Shown: positions 38,059-48,331, counted from the first letter of the stretch. The stretch: 64,000 bases of DNA from Planctomycetota bacterium (GCA_965228735.1 OZ245838.1:2688001-2752000), one strand, 5' to 3'. Made by a program: numbers and translations. Notes: generated by a model not told the origin, from the letters alone.

Positions 38059-39225
38059 TCAGAGCGCCCGGGCCGCCGCGAGGAACGCCTGCAGCCGGGT
38101 CTCGAACTCGGCGACCGTTTCGCCGCCGATCCGGGCCAGCGTCGCATCCGCGAGCACCAGCGCCACCATCGCCTCGGCCACGATGGCGCAGGCCGAGACC
38201 GCGCAGACGTCCGACCGTTCGTAGCCGGCCTCGGCGACCTCGCCGGTCGACAGGTCGACGCTCGCCAGCGGCTGGCGCAGCGTGCTGATCGGCTTCATCG
38301 CGGCCCGGACTACCACCGGCTGGCCGTTGGTCATGCCGCCTTCGATGCCGCCGGCCCGGTTGGTGCCGCGATCGTGGGCCACGCCGCCGAGTCCGCCGCG
38401 ACCGGGTTCGATGGTGTCGTGGACCTGGCTGCCGCGACGCTCGGAGACCCCGAGTCCGAGACCGATCTCGACGGCCTTGACCGCCGGAATCGACATCAGC
38501 GCCGCGCTGATTCGGGCCTCGAGCCGCTCGTGCCACTGCACGCAGGTGCCGATGCCGGGCACGACGTCGGTCGCGATGACCTCGACGAGGCCGCCAACGG
38601 TGTCGCGGTCCTTCGCGGCTTCCTGGACGCGCGCCAGCATCGCGGCGTCGGTGTCGGCGCCGAGCGTGTAGAGCCGGGTGCCGTCGCGGAACGTGCGCAG
38701 GGCCTCGAGATCGCTCAGGTCGGCAGGCTGGTCGTCGGGGAGCGCGACGGTCTCGCAGCGGCGGACGAAGCCGAGCACGTTCGTGCCGGCGACGGCCAGC
38801 AGCTGGCGGCACACGCCCCCCACCGCGACGCGCGCCGCGGTCTCGCGCGCCGAGCTGCGTTCGAGCGTCGAACGGATGTCGCGATCGAGCCAGTGGTAGC
38901 AGCCGGAGAGGTCGGCGTGACCGGGCCGTGGCCGGTCGGGCTCGGGCAGCTCGTCGATCTTGTGATCGCGGTTGGACACCTGCAGGCAGAGCGGTGAGCC
39001 GATCGTGCGGCCGCGGCGCACGCCGCCGAGGATCTCGATGTGGTCGTTCTCGATGCGCTGGCGCCCGCCGCGGCCGGCCCCACCCTGCCGCAGTCGCAGC
39101 GTCGCGTCGATCGCGTCGACGTCGAGCTCGAGCCCGCGTGGCAGCCCTTCGAGCGTCGCCATCACGGCCGGACCATGGGACTCGCCGGCACTGCGGAACG
39201 AGAGTCTGCTGAGGGGTTCGCTCAC
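38059..39225 (-). CDS. aroC: Chorismate synthase
   Basis: AGESHG, PRPGHADL, ERSSARET, NRAGGIEGGMTNG, ERSDVCAV. Confidence 0.98.
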   Translation of the reverse strand: MSEPLSRLSFRSAGESHGPAVMATLEGLPRGLELDVDAIDATLRLRQGGAGRGGRQRIENDHIEILGGVRRGRTIGSPLCLQVSNRDHKIDELPEPDRPRPGHADLSGCYHWLDRDIRSTLERSSARETAARVAVGGVCRQLLAVAGTNVLGFVRRCETVALPDDQPADLSDLEALRTFRDGTRLYTLGADTDAAMLARVQEAAKDRDTVGGLVEVIATDVVPGIGTCVQWHERLEARISAALMSIPAVKAVEIGLGLGVSERRGSQVHDTIEPGRGGLGGVAHDRGTNRAGGIEGGMTNGQPVVVRAAMKPISTLRQPLASVDLSTGEVAEAGYERSDVCAVSACAIVAEAMVALVLADATLARIGGETVAEFETRLQAFLAAARAL

Positions 39226-39629
39226 AACTGGGTCGCGACGCCTTTCGCAGGAGTCGTGCCGCCCGGCTGCGCGAGGTCGCGCACGATGCCGGCGAACTCG
39301 AACAGGTCGAACGGCTTGCGCATCACGGCGCGCACGAACTCGAACTGGTCGAGGCGCTGCGCCGTCGCGTCGTCGACGAAGCCCGACACGACGACGGTCG
39401 GCGGCGGCGACGGCACGTCCGCGAGGCTGGCGAGCACTTCGCCGCCGCTCTGCTTCGGCATGTCGAGGTCACACACGAGCACGTCGACCGCCGGATCCCG
39501 CGCGAGCCGCGCCGCCGCCACGCCGTCGAACGCGCAGACGGTCCGCATCCCGCTGCGCTTCAAGATCTCGACGAGCAGCGAGCTCACCGCCGTATCGTTG
39601 TCGGCGACCAGGACCAGAGGAGCGGTCAT
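39222..39629 (-). CDS. Single-domain response regulator receiver
   Basis: VLVADND, DLDMPKQSG, VVVSG, KPF. Confidence 0.9.
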   Translation of the reverse strand: MTAPLVLVADNDTAVSSLLVEILKRSGMRTVCAFDGVAAARLARDPAVDVLVCDLDMPKQSGGEVLASLADVPSPPPTVVVSGFVDDATAQRLDQFEFVRAVMRKPFDLFEFAGIVRDLAQPGGTTPAKGVATQL

Positions 39630-39648
39630 CGGGGCGCCCGATCGTATG

Positions 39649-39749
39649 CCCGTACGGAACCTGGTTCAAACCGCAAGGCTGCCAAGCGAGCGCCGCCGAA
39701 GGCGGCTCTCGCGCGGCAGCCTTGCGGTTTGAACCAGGTTCCGTACGGG
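39649..39749. repeat. REP/REPIN-like palindrome with perfect 35-bp arms
   Basis: 39649-39683 is the exact reverse complement of 39715-39749; lies 2 nt beyond the mutS2 stop. Confidence 0.9.
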
Positions 39750-39751
39750 TG

Positions 39752-41860
39752 TCACGCCTGGTCGAGGGGGACGATCCAGGAGACGTCTTCGAACGGGACC
39801 TTCATCTTCACGCGGCCGTAGTCGACCGTGACCTGCTCGCGGACCTTGTCGACCTTGTGGACCTGGACGTGGCGGTGCCAGCGCGGCAGGAACACGCGGT
39901 CGCCCTTCTTGAGGCCGTGGCAGAAGCGGACGCGGCGGCGGTGGACCTTGGCGTTCCGCAGCAGGCCGTCGAGGGTCGTCTTGAGCTGCCGGGCCCGCTC
40001 GCCATGCTGGCCCGGCGCGTTCTCGAGCGCCTGCACGTGCTCCTCGAGCGCGGCCTTCGCGGTGCGCAGCTCGTGCTCGACGACGCCGTCGGCCTCCTCC
40101 TGCAGCCAGACCTCGCGGCGCTGGGCCTCGGCGAGCTTCTCCTCGAGCTCGGACTCCTTGCTCGCGACGGCACGCGAGGTCGCCGCCGTGCGCTTGCGGT
40201 CCGCCTCGGCCTCGCGGCGGGCGACCTGCACCTTCTCGATCACGGTGTCGAGCGTCGGATCGCGCTTGCCGAGCAGTTCGCGGGCGCGGGCGACGACCCC
40301 CTTCGGCATGCCGACGCGCGCCGCGATGTCGAGCGCGTGGCTGTTGCCCGGGATGCCGACGTCGAGGCGATAGAGCGGCTCGAGCGACTTGCCGTCGAAC
40401 GCCATCGAACCGTTGTCCGCGCCCGGGTGCTGGTAGGCGAACTCCTTGAGCCGGCCGAGATGCGTCGTGACGACGGCGAACGCGCGGGCGCGCACGAGCG
40501 CTTCGAGCACCGCATAGCCGAGCACCGACCCTTCTTCCGGATCGGTGCCCGCGCCGAGTTCGTCGAGCAACACGAGGGCCGAGCCCTTCGCCTGGTCGAG
40601 ACACCGCGCGATCCGCTGCACGTGCGAGCTGAACGTCGACAGGTTCTGCGAGATGCCCTGCTCGTCACCGATGTCGGCCTTGACCGCCGAGAAGAACGGA
40701 ATGCGCGCGCCTTCGTCGGCCGGGATCGGCACGCCGCTGAGCGCCATCAGCGACAGCAGCCCGACGGTCTTGAGGACGACGGTCTTGCCGCCGGTGTTCG
40801 GCCCGGTCACGACGAGCAGGTGGTGCGGGTCGCCGAGCGCGACGTCGAGCGGCACGACGTGCTGCGGCCCGTCGCCGCCACCCGCAGGACCGCCGATGGC
40901 ACCCCCGAGCAGCGGATGCCGCGCGCCCTGCAGCCGCAGGCTCGCGCCGTCCGCATCGCCGGGCACGATCGTCGGCACCGTGTAGCCGGACCGCACGAGC
41001 TCGGCCTTGGCCTGCAACAGATCGGCGTCGGCGACGAACTCGACGGCGCCGGTCACCTCGCGCTCCAACCGCCGCAGCGCGCGCGCCGCGTCGGCGAGCA
41101 CGACGTTGATCTCGCGGTTCTCCGCGGCCTGTGCATCGGACAACCGGTTGGCCGCCTGGACGACCCTCTCCGGTTCGATGAACAACGTCTGCCCCGAGCT
41201 GCTGCGGTCGTGCAGCACGCCGGGCACGCGATTGCGCGAATCCGACCGCACCTGCAGCACGGGGCGGCCATGACGCCACGCGGCTTCGGGCGATTGCAGC
41301 CCGCGCCGGACCTGCGGGTCGCCGAGCACGTGCTGCACCGCGGCGTCGACGGCCGATCGCGCCTGCTGGATGTCGCGCCGGATCTCGCGCAGCCGCTGCG
41401 ACGCCGAGTCGAGAACCTCACCGCGATCGTCGACGAGGCCGTCGAGCTCGTCGACGAGGTCCTCGAGGTCGGCGGCGTCTGCCGCGATGACCGCGAGCGC
41501 TGCCGGCTGCGCGAGCAGCCAGCGCCGGCACTGCTCGGCGGCGCGCAGCAGGCGCTTCAGGTCCGCGAGGTCGCGTGCCGCGACCACGTGCTCACCCGCG
41601 AAGAATCCGGGCAGCCACGACCGCACCTCGACCGCGCCGCTGAGCGGCAGGCCGCGCGCCCCGTCTTGCAGTTTGTCGGCGAGGGCCTGCACGGCTCCGA
41701 GCCGCCGGGTCGCGGCCGCCGCGTCCGGCAACGGCCCGAGCTGTTCGACGGCCGTGCGCCCGACGGGCGAGGTCAGGCGCGCGACGAGCAGCGCGCGGAC
41801 GGCATCGAACTCGAGCGCGTCGAGGTCGAACGGGCGGGACTTGATCGATTCAGCGGACAT
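39752..41860 (-). CDS. mutS2: MutS2 family protein (no obvious Smr domain)
   Basis: LEFDAV, SSSGQTLFIEP, TGPNTGGKT, LSTFSSH, LLDELGAGTDPEEG. Confidence 0.93.
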   Translation of the reverse strand: MSAESIKSRPFDLDALEFDAVRALLVARLTSPVGRTAVEQLGPLPDAAAATRRLGAVQALADKLQDGARGLPLSGAVEVRSWLPGFFAGEHVVAARDLADLKRLLRAAEQCRRWLLAQPAALAVIAADAADLEDLVDELDGLVDDRGEVLDSASQRLREIRRDIQQARSAVDAAVQHVLGDPQVRRGLQSPEAAWRHGRPVLQVRSDSRNRVPGVLHDRSSSGQTLFIEPERVVQAANRLSDAQAAENREINVVLADAARALRRLEREVTGAVEFVADADLLQAKAELVRSGYTVPTIVPGDADGASLRLQGARHPLLGGAIGGPAGGGDGPQHVVPLDVALGDPHHLLVVTGPNTGGKTVVLKTVGLLSLMALSGVPIPADEGARIPFFSAVKADIGDEQGISQNLSTFSSHVQRIARCLDQAKGSALVLLDELGAGTDPEEGSVLGYAVLEALVRARAFAVVTTHLGRLKEFAYQHPGADNGSMAFDGKSLEPLYRLDVGIPGNSHALDIAARVGMPKGVVARARELLGKRDPTLDTVIEKVQVARREAEADRKRTAATSRAVASKESELEEKLAEAQRREVWLQEEADGVVEHELRTAKAALEEHVQALENAPGQHGERARQLKTTLDGLLRNAKVHRRRVRFCHGLKKGDRVFLPRWHRHVQVHKVDKVREQVTVDYGRVKMKVPFEDVSWIVPLDQA

Positions 41861-41921
41861 CGGGGCAGCAGTTGTGGCCGCATGTTGCCGCGTCCGCCCC
41901 GCTTCTTAAACTCCGCGCCCG

Positions 41922-43094
41922 ATGAAGCGCAGCAAAGGCAAGGCCAAGGCCCCTGGGTTTGGCACTCTCGCGATCCACGCCGGGCAGAGCCCCGACCCCA
42001 CCACCGGCGCGATCATGACGCCGATCTTCCAGACGAGCACCTACGTCCAGGAAGCGCCCAACAAGACCAAGGGCTACGATTACTCGCGTTCCGGCAACCC
42101 GACCCGAACCGCGCTCGAGGGCAACCTCGCGGGCCTCGAGGGCGGCGAATGGGGTCTCGCGTTCGCCAGCGGGATGGCCGCGATCACGTGCGTGGTCAAC
42201 CTGCTCGAGCAGGGCGACCACGTGGTCGCGGGCAACGACCTCTACGGTGGCACGTTCCGCCTGCTGCGCACCGTCTACGAGAAGTTCGGCATCGAGACGA
42301 CGTTCGTCGACCTCACCGACCTCGACGAGCTGAAGGCGGCGCTGCGCGACAACACCAAACTCGTGATGCTCGAGACGCCGACGAACCCGCTGCTGCGCTG
42401 CTGCGACCTCGCCGCGATCACGAAGATCTGCCGGCAGAAGGGCATCCTCACGGTCACGGACAACACGTTCGCGACGCCGTACCTGCAGCAGCCGCTCGCG
42501 CTCGGCTCGGACCTCGTCGTGCACAGCACGACGAAGTATCTCGGCGGCCACAGCGACGTCGTCGGCGGCGTGCTCGTCGGCAACGGCATGGCGATGCGCG
42601 AGCGCCTCGCGCACTTCCAGAACTCGTGCGGCGGCACGCCGGGCCCGATGGACTGCTTCCTCGTTCTGCGCGGCACCAAGACGCTGCACGTGCGCATGGA
42701 TCGGCACAGCAGCAGCGCGCTGCAGATCGCGAAGTGGCTCGAGTCCCACCGCAAGGTCGCGCGCGTCTTCTACCCCGGCCTGCCATCGCACGAGACCTAC
42801 AAGACCGCGAAGAAGCAGATGAAGAACGGCGGCGGCATGGTGTCGATCGAGCTGAAGGCGACGGTCGCGCAGGCCAAGCGGTTCATGGCGCGGCTGCAGG
42901 TGTTCTCGCTCGCCGAGAGCCTCGGCGGTGTCGAGAGCCTCGTCGACCACCCCGCGTCGATGACCCACGCGTCGATCCCGAAGAAGGAGCGCAAGAAGGC
43001 CGGGCTCGAGGACGGGCTCGTGCGGCTGTCGGTCGGCATCGAGGACCTCGACGACCTCGTCGCGGACCTCGACCAGGCGCTGCAGAAGCTCTAG
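41922..43094 (+). CDS. Cystathionine gamma-synthase/lyase (Cys/Met metabolism PLP enzyme)
   Basis: YSRSGNPTR, ETPTNP, HSTTKYLGGHSD, AESLGGVESL. Confidence 0.95.
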   Translation: MKRSKGKAKAPGFGTLAIHAGQSPDPTTGAIMTPIFQTSTYVQEAPNKTKGYDYSRSGNPTRTALEGNLAGLEGGEWGLAFASGMAAITCVVNLLEQGDHVVAGNDLYGGTFRLLRTVYEKFGIETTFVDLTDLDELKAALRDNTKLVMLETPTNPLLRCCDLAAITKICRQKGILTVTDNTFATPYLQQPLALGSDLVVHSTTKYLGGHSDVVGGVLVGNGMAMRERLAHFQNSCGGTPGPMDCFLVLRGTKTLHVRMDRHSSSALQIAKWLESHRKVARVFYPGLPSHETYKTAKKQMKNGGGMVSIELKATVAQAKRFMARLQVFSLAESLGGVESLVDHPASMTHASIPKKERKKAGLEDGLVRLSVGIEDLDDLVADLDQALQKL

Positions 43095-43230
43095 TGAACA
43101 TACCGAACCCGGTAAGTTCACGGACACACTGGCCGGATGTACCGGTGGCGCGATGCGCGTCCGGGTCCTTCTCCCAGTGACCTCGGCCTTCTTCTCCGAG
43201 GGCAGCCGTCGGCCGCTGCAGGCGTTCGCG

Positions 43231-43623
43231 TCAGGCGGTGCCCTGAGCCTCGTTCGCCGAGGGCGGGTCCGACATCGGCTTGCTCAGGCGCGGCGACGGC
43301 GCATCGTCGTCGTCGTCGAGCCGGAGGTTGCCGACGTCCTCGCCCGAGACCTTCTTGCGCATGAGCCGACCGACCTTGAACTTGACGATGCGCTTGGCCG
43401 GGACCGGCACCTTCTCGAGCGTGCGCGGGTTCTGCGCCAGGCGGGCAGCGCGTTCTCGCGACTCGAACACACCGAACTCACGAAACTCCAGCCGGTTGCC
43501 GGCGGCGAGCTCATCGATGATCGAGTTGAGGAAGGATTGGATCACTTCCTTCGCGACCACCTTGGTGACCCCGGTCTTGTCCGCGATCCGGTGAACCAAC
43601 TCCTTCTTGGTAATCGTCTTCAA
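43231..43623 (-). CDS. HU/IHF family DNA-binding protein
   Basis: TKKELV, LEFREFGVF, AQNPRT, VKFKVG; TTG start. Confidence 0.93.
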   Translation of the reverse strand: MKTITKKELVHRIADKTGVTKVVAKEVIQSFLNSIIDELAAGNRLEFREFGVFESRERAARLAQNPRTLEKVPVPAKRIVKFKVGRLMRKKVSGEDVGNLRLDDDDDAPSPRLSKPMSDPPSANEAQGTA

Positions 43624-43664
43624 AACGTAGCCTCCGACTGACCCAGGCAGTCACCCCGCCCGAG

Positions 43665-44486
43665 ATGAGACGAGGGTTGCGGATTCCGGTCCGCGTGAGC
43701 CGGGTGGCTCCTGAGCAACAAGTCGTGCCCGACTATACTCTTGTGGAGACAGTGTCGACAAGCATCCCCAGTCAATTGGTGCAAGTTCGCGGCGGACCGC
43801 AAGTTCCGGCCTGGGCGGATTTGCCGGTCGACTGGAAGTGCCTTGGCGACCGTGGTTTCGGGGATTCCGTGACGAATCACCGCAGCTCGTGGGTCCGCCG
43901 GCTGCAGGTCCCCGGCCTCGATCTGCACGTCAAGACCTACGACTACCCGTGGGGCCGCGACCGCTGGCGCGGGATCTGTCGTAACACCGGACCATGGAAC
44001 GAGTCCCGTGCGGCGCGCGAGTTCGACGCCCTGACCTGGCTCGCGGCCCACGCGCCGGCCCCCGCCGCGACCCCGGTCGCGGTGTTCGAGCACCGGCGCC
44101 TCGGCGTGCTGCACCGCGCCGTGCTGCTCACCGAGACGCACCCGGGGGAACCGCTGTCGACCCTGCTCCCGCGGCTCTCGAACGCCGACGAGCGGACCGC
44201 GCTCGCGCGCGAGCTCGGCGCGTTCGTCAGGAGGTTGCACGAACTCGGCTTCCGCGACGGCAACCTCGACCTGCGGAACGTGCTCGCCCAGCGGGCCCAG
44301 GGGACGCAGAAGACCTCGGATCACGCGGGCGTGACCTGGCAGTTCGCCAAGATCGATTCGCCACGCTACCGCGTGCGCCGCCCGGGCCCGACTCCGGACG
44401 CGCGCACCGAGGCCGACTGGCAACGCCTGCTGCCGCAGCTGGAGCCGCTCGGACTCGCGGCTGCCGCGCGCGCCGCCCCGACGTGA
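43665..44486 (+). CDS. LPS kinase (Kdo/WaaP)-like protein kinase fold
   Basis: VKTY, AAREFDAL, LHELGFRDGNLDLRNVL, KID; true start probably downstream of 43665. Confidence 0.7.
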   Translation: MRRGLRIPVRVSRVAPEQQVVPDYTLVETVSTSIPSQLVQVRGGPQVPAWADLPVDWKCLGDRGFGDSVTNHRSSWVRRLQVPGLDLHVKTYDYPWGRDRWRGICRNTGPWNESRAAREFDALTWLAAHAPAPAATPVAVFEHRRLGVLHRAVLLTETHPGEPLSTLLPRLSNADERTALARELGAFVRRLHELGFRDGNLDLRNVLAQRAQGTQKTSDHAGVTWQFAKIDSPRYRVRRPGPTPDARTEADWQRLLPQLEPLGLAAAARAAPT

Positions 44487-44552
44487 TGCCCCGACCCTGA
44501 TGCCCCGACCCTGATGCGCCGACCCTGATGCCGCGACCCTGATGCCGCGACC
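44484..44552. repeat. Five tandem 14-bp units TGATGC(C/G)(C/G)CGACCC between convergent stops
   Basis: Read directly; units start at 44484, 44498, 44512, 44526 and 44540 (last unit truncated). Confidence 0.9.
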
Positions 44553-45652
44553 TACTGCTGCAGCCGCAGGTCGTCGAGCGTCGGCGCCTTCGCGGGTGCG
44601 GGGCCGAGGACCGCGGCGATCCGCTCGAGGCGGTAGGGCACGGCGAGCACGCGCTCGAATGCCTCGTGACCATCGGCCGCTTCGTCGCCGCGCGCGAGGT
44701 AGTAGCGGAACGCGGCCCGCGCCCTGGGCCACCACACGCGGCGCTCTTCGTCGCCTTCGTTCTGCGGCATCGCGTCGTAGTAGATCAGACCGATGTTGAG
44801 AGCAGCTCGCGCCGAGTCCGGGTCGAGCTCGAGGACCTGCACGTAGGTGCTCAACGCCTCGCGCGGGCGCTCGGCCTGCCACAGCGCCGCCGCCCGATGC
44901 ATGCGCAGCTCGACGTCGTTCGGCGCCCGGGCCTCGAGCGTTTCGAGCAGCTCGAGCGCGCGATCGATGCGCACGATGCGATAGATCAGCATCGCCGCGT
45001 ATTCGCGCATCACGAGGTAGTCGGTCGGCTGCTGATCGAGGAACGCCTCGTAGTCCCGCGCGGCGCGCGCGTACTTGCCGAGCGCCGTGTAGGCCCGCGC
45101 GCGGTCGAGGTAGGCCTCGTGCAGCGTCGGGTCATTGACGAGCGCCGCGGTGAACGCGTCGACGGCTCCGGCGAACTGCCCCTGCCCGCGCTTCACGCGG
45201 CCGAGCGAGAGGTGGGCCCAGCCGAACGACGGATGCTCCGCCAGGATCTCGGCGAGCGCCTGTCCCTTGTCGTAGGACGTCGCCTTGAGGCGCGCCGCGA
45301 CGTAGGGCCCGACCGGCGAATCGCGCTCCGGCAGCTCCACGCGGTAGTAGCGTCGCATCTCGGCCTCGGACTCGCCACCGATCGACAGCGCCGCGTCCTG
45401 GTAGGCCAGGTGCGCACGCACGAGATCCGGGCTCTCGCGCACGACGACGCTGAGCAGCCCCCACGCGGCCTCGGGATCGCCGGCCTCGACGAAGCCGCGC
45501 GCCTCGTCCCACTGCGCGGCGACCGCGGGCGCGGGCTCGGCGTAGATCTTCGGGTCCGGCGCGCCGAGCGCGCGCGTCGGCCCGACGCAAGCGGGCGCGA
45601 GCATGCCGGCGATGCACAGCGCCAGCGCGGCAACCGAACGCAGTGGGCTCAC
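44552..45652 (-). CDS. TPR-repeat lipoprotein
   Basis: Signal ending APAC; TPR-like helices (WAHLSLG, AYLDRARAY, AALNIG). Confidence 0.8.
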   Translation of the reverse strand: MSPLRSVAALALCIAGMLAPACVGPTRALGAPDPKIYAEPAPAVAAQWDEARGFVEAGDPEAAWGLLSVVVRESPDLVRAHLAYQDAALSIGGESEAEMRRYYRVELPERDSPVGPYVAARLKATSYDKGQALAEILAEHPSFGWAHLSLGRVKRGQGQFAGAVDAFTAALVNDPTLHEAYLDRARAYTALGKYARAARDYEAFLDQQPTDYLVMREYAAMLIYRIVRIDRALELLETLEARAPNDVELRMHRAAALWQAERPREALSTYVQVLELDPDSARAALNIGLIYYDAMPQNEGDEERRVWWPRARAAFRYYLARGDEAADGHEAFERVLAVPYRLERIAAVLGPAPAKAPTLDDLRLQQ

Positions 45653-46197
45653 GATCGCGTCAGCTGACCGTCCTCGATGACGAACTCGCGCGGTTCCTTC
45701 ACGTCGCGCGTCCCGCGCAGGCGGACGAACACGTTGCGCTCGCCCTCCGCCCTGGTGTCGAGCGTCAGCGCGTGCGTGCCCTGGTAGATCCGCAGCCGCA
45801 CCTCGTTGATCACGGTGAACGTCGTGCGCATGCCGCGCGGCTGCCCGGGCTCCGTGATGTCCGGCGGCGCGCCGACCGACACGATGAACGGCGTCTCCGC
45901 GCGCCCGAGCGTGTTGGTCCAGATCTTGTCGATGTAGGTCCCGTCCGGCGCGCCCTCATGCCGCAGCGTGTGCGCCTGCGGATCCGTCGCCGGCTGGAAC
46001 ACGTACTCGTTGAAGTTGCCCGTCAGCTCGATGAGCAGCGTGTTGCAGCCGACCTCGGTGCCGGTCAGGTAGGGCCGCAGGAGCCGTTCGGTCTCCGCCG
46101 CGATCTGCCCCGGATCGGCCGGCGCGCCGCTCGCGCACGCGCCCAGCAGAACCAGCAGCCCGAGTGCGCCCCGCATCGACTTTTGTGATCTCGCCAT
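45649..46197 (-). CDS. Hypothetical lipoprotein
   Basis: Signal ending LGAC; 4-nt overlap with the TPR gene. Confidence 0.7.
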   Translation of the reverse strand: MARSQKSMRGALGLLVLLGACASGAPADPGQIAAETERLLRPYLTGTEVGCNTLLIELTGNFNEYVFQPATDPQAHTLRHEGAPDGTYIDKIWTNTLGRAETPFIVSVGAPPDITEPGQPRGMRTTFTVINEVRLRIYQGTHALTLDTRAEGERNVFVRLRGTRDVKEPREFVIEDGQLTRS

Positions 46198-46339
46198 TCG
46201 TATCCTCAGTTTGCGCCCTCACGTTTCGCGCGTCCAGTCATGGCGGTACCGAACCCGCTTCAAATCCGCCACTGCCCAGCCTGCGCAACCGGCGTTCCGC
46301 CGCGTCGCTGGCGTAGTTTGCCCGTGGCGGATTCGAAGC

Positions 46340-48331
46340 GCCGGGTGGCCCTGGGGGTCTCCCCCCAGGGCTCCCACAGATCCGGACGTGCGCGGCTAAC
46401 GCATCCGGCTCGTCAGCGACAAGGGCTCGCTGCGTAGACCGACCGGGTCAGCCGGGGCGGAGGAAGCGGGTATGCACGCAGCAGTTGCTCGAAGCGGGCC
46501 CACGACATGTAGGCCGCCCGCGAGCGCCGGCTCAGCCACCGATGCCAGATGCGACGGGCCTCGTACCATACGCGACGTAACGCAGCAGAGTTGCCGGTCA
46601 CGCCGAAGTAGAGGTAGTGCCCCCGTAGCTTCGAGCACAGGGTGGAGTACTGGACGCGGACCTTGTCGTGCCGATTGCGACGGCACCAATCCCGTAGCCC
46701 AGTCAGGGTACGGGTCACGACGTGTCGTGTGGTGCGCCGCTGCACGGTCCATCGGCCGCGCCGGGAGCGTGACCAGTGATGGGTGAAGCCCAGGAAGTCG
46801 AAAGTGCCGCTCCCCGCCGCGCCGTCTTCGGGCGGTTGGAAGCGGACTAACCGGGTCTTGTCCGGATGCAGTGTGAGGCCGAAGCGCCCGAGCCTTTGGG
46901 CCAGGATCGACGACATCGCACGTGCATCGGCTTCGACGGCAAACAGGATCACGAAGTCGTCCGCATAGCGGACCAACTCCGCGCGACCGGCAAGCCTCGG
47001 CTTGACTTCCTCGACAAACCAACGGTCCAGCACTGCGTGCAAATAGATGTTCGCCAGCAGCGGCGAAATCACGCCTCCTTGTGGGGTGCCTTTGCGAGAG
47101 CGATGCAGCGCACCGTCCTCCTGCACCCCCGCCTTCAGCCACTTGTCGATCAGTCGACGGAACACTCCGTCGCGCACCCGCTGGTCGAGGATCGCTCGCA
47201 GATGGGTCGGCTCCAGGTTGTCGAAGAAACCTTGGATGTCGACTTCCAACAGCCAGCCGCCACCCATCGACATCGCATGCTTCCAAAGCGATTCCAGTGC
47301 CGTGTGCGGCGAGCGACCGGGACGGAAGCCGTGCGAGCAGTCCAAGAAGTCCTGCTCATATACCGCCTCCATCACTTGCGTCACCGCCCGCTGCAAGACC
47401 TTGTCCTCCAGCGTCGGCACTCCGATTGGACGCGTGCCACCCTTCCCTTTCGGGATGTGCACGCGCCGGACCGGTGGTGCGCGATAGCGCCCTGACTTCG
47501 CGCGTTCGTGCAGGTCCGCGAGGTTGCCCTCGAGATCCTGCTCGTAGTCGCGAGCCGTGACGCCGTCGACACCAGGAGCTTTGGACTTCTGCGTGCGGCG
47601 ATACGCCTCCCGCAGAAGCGCGATGTCCATGTGGTGTGCCAGTGTGGTCAGGACCAGGTCTGGTCGCTGCCTCGCCAGCTCCGCTACCCGCCGGAGTTTC
47701 GTGGAGACCTGCTCGGAGCCCGTCGTCTCCGTGGTCGGTCCGTCCAGCGGTTCCTTGTCGCCGGTGACGCCCTTCCCTCCGCCGGGTCCCCGTGGGGCGG
47801 GTTCCCCGGACTCTTTGGTACTATGACGCACTCCGACTCCCTCGTTGGCGTCCCGCGTCGCTTCGTTTCCTTCGCTCGGCGGTACCGGCCGTGTGTCCGG
47901 ATTCCTTGACGGCACCGACGCGGACACGACGTCGCGGCCCTGGAGAGTTGGTTTCCGGGCCCCAGCCGGAGTTGACGATCGGACCAATCGAGGGGATCCC
48001 AGGTTCCTGGGGAGTCCGATGGATGCGTGCGGTCGTTCTCAGGACCCCGGAGAGACTTCCGGGCCAAGCCGGTTGCGGCCCTTCCATGTTGCCTTCCGAT
48101 GAACCCACCACGTCGGCTCTCTCGCTGTCGGTACTTTCGGGGCTCAGTCGCGCCGCCCACATCCTCGCTGTCTACGCTTCGCAGCGGCGGTTACCCGGTC
48201 GCCACGCAAGACTCGCTTCCGGCTGGTGGCTAGCCTTCGCCGGGCGGGTTTCGTCACCCGCGGGACTCCAATACGGGGTTCTCATTCCTGTCAGGTCATG
48301 ATTTCTCCCGTCCAGGCTTCGCCTGGCGCAA
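46340..48331 (-). mobile_element. Group II intron (IIB-like, probably bacterial class E), 1992 nt
   Basis: 5' end TTGCGCC; domain V GAGCCGGATGCG...CACGTCCGGATC (46379-46411); domain VI hairpin with bulged A; EBS1 at 48101-48106 and EBS2 at 48129-48134; removal restores the flanking repeat arm exactly. Confidence 0.92.
46413..47747 (-). CDS. ltrA: Group II intron reverse transcriptase/maturase without an endonuclease domain
   Basis: KAPGVDG, RPIGVPTLEDK, SHGFRPGRS, GTPQGGVISPLLANIYL, RYADD, FDFLGF, LRGHYLYFG; start codon uncertain (frame is open to 47987). Confidence 0.93.
   Translation of the reverse strand: MDGPTTETTGSEQVSTKLRRVAELARQRPDLVLTTLAHHMDIALLREAYRRTQKSKAPGVDGVTARDYEQDLEGNLADLHERAKSGRYRAPPVRRVHIPKGKGGTRPIGVPTLEDKVLQRAVTQVMEAVYEQDFLDCSHGFRPGRSPHTALESLWKHAMSMGGGWLLEVDIQGFFDNLEPTHLRAILDQRVRDGVFRRLIDKWLKAGVQEDGALHRSRKGTPQGGVISPLLANIYLHAVLDRWFVEEVKPRLAGRAELVRYADDFVILFAVEADARAMSSILAQRLGRFGLTLHPDKTRLVRFQPPEDGAAGSGTFDFLGFTHHWSRSRRGRWTVQRRTTRHVVTRTLTGLRDWCRRNRHDKVRVQYSTLCSKLRGHYLYFGVTGNSAALRRVWYEARRIWHRWLSRRSRAAYMSWARFEQLLRAYPLPPPRLTRSVYAASPCR

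Noticed and set aside
43095..43120. TACCGAACCCG after the cystathionine enzyme stop as another intron target or REP copy
   Set aside because: Matches IBS1 but only half of IBS2 and has no partner arm; better explained as a small local hairpin.
41850..43127. 425-aa minus-strand ORF
   Set aside because: Antisense to the clear PLP enzyme gene at 41922-43094.
44484..44552. 14-bp array as CRISPR or iterons
   Set aside because: No spacers and no replication gene; a simple minisatellite.
46413..47987. RT as part of a DGR, retron or CRISPR-RT system
   Set aside because: It has a maturase region and is embedded in an RNA with domains V and VI and matching EBS/IBS; no TR/VR pair or cas genes nearby.
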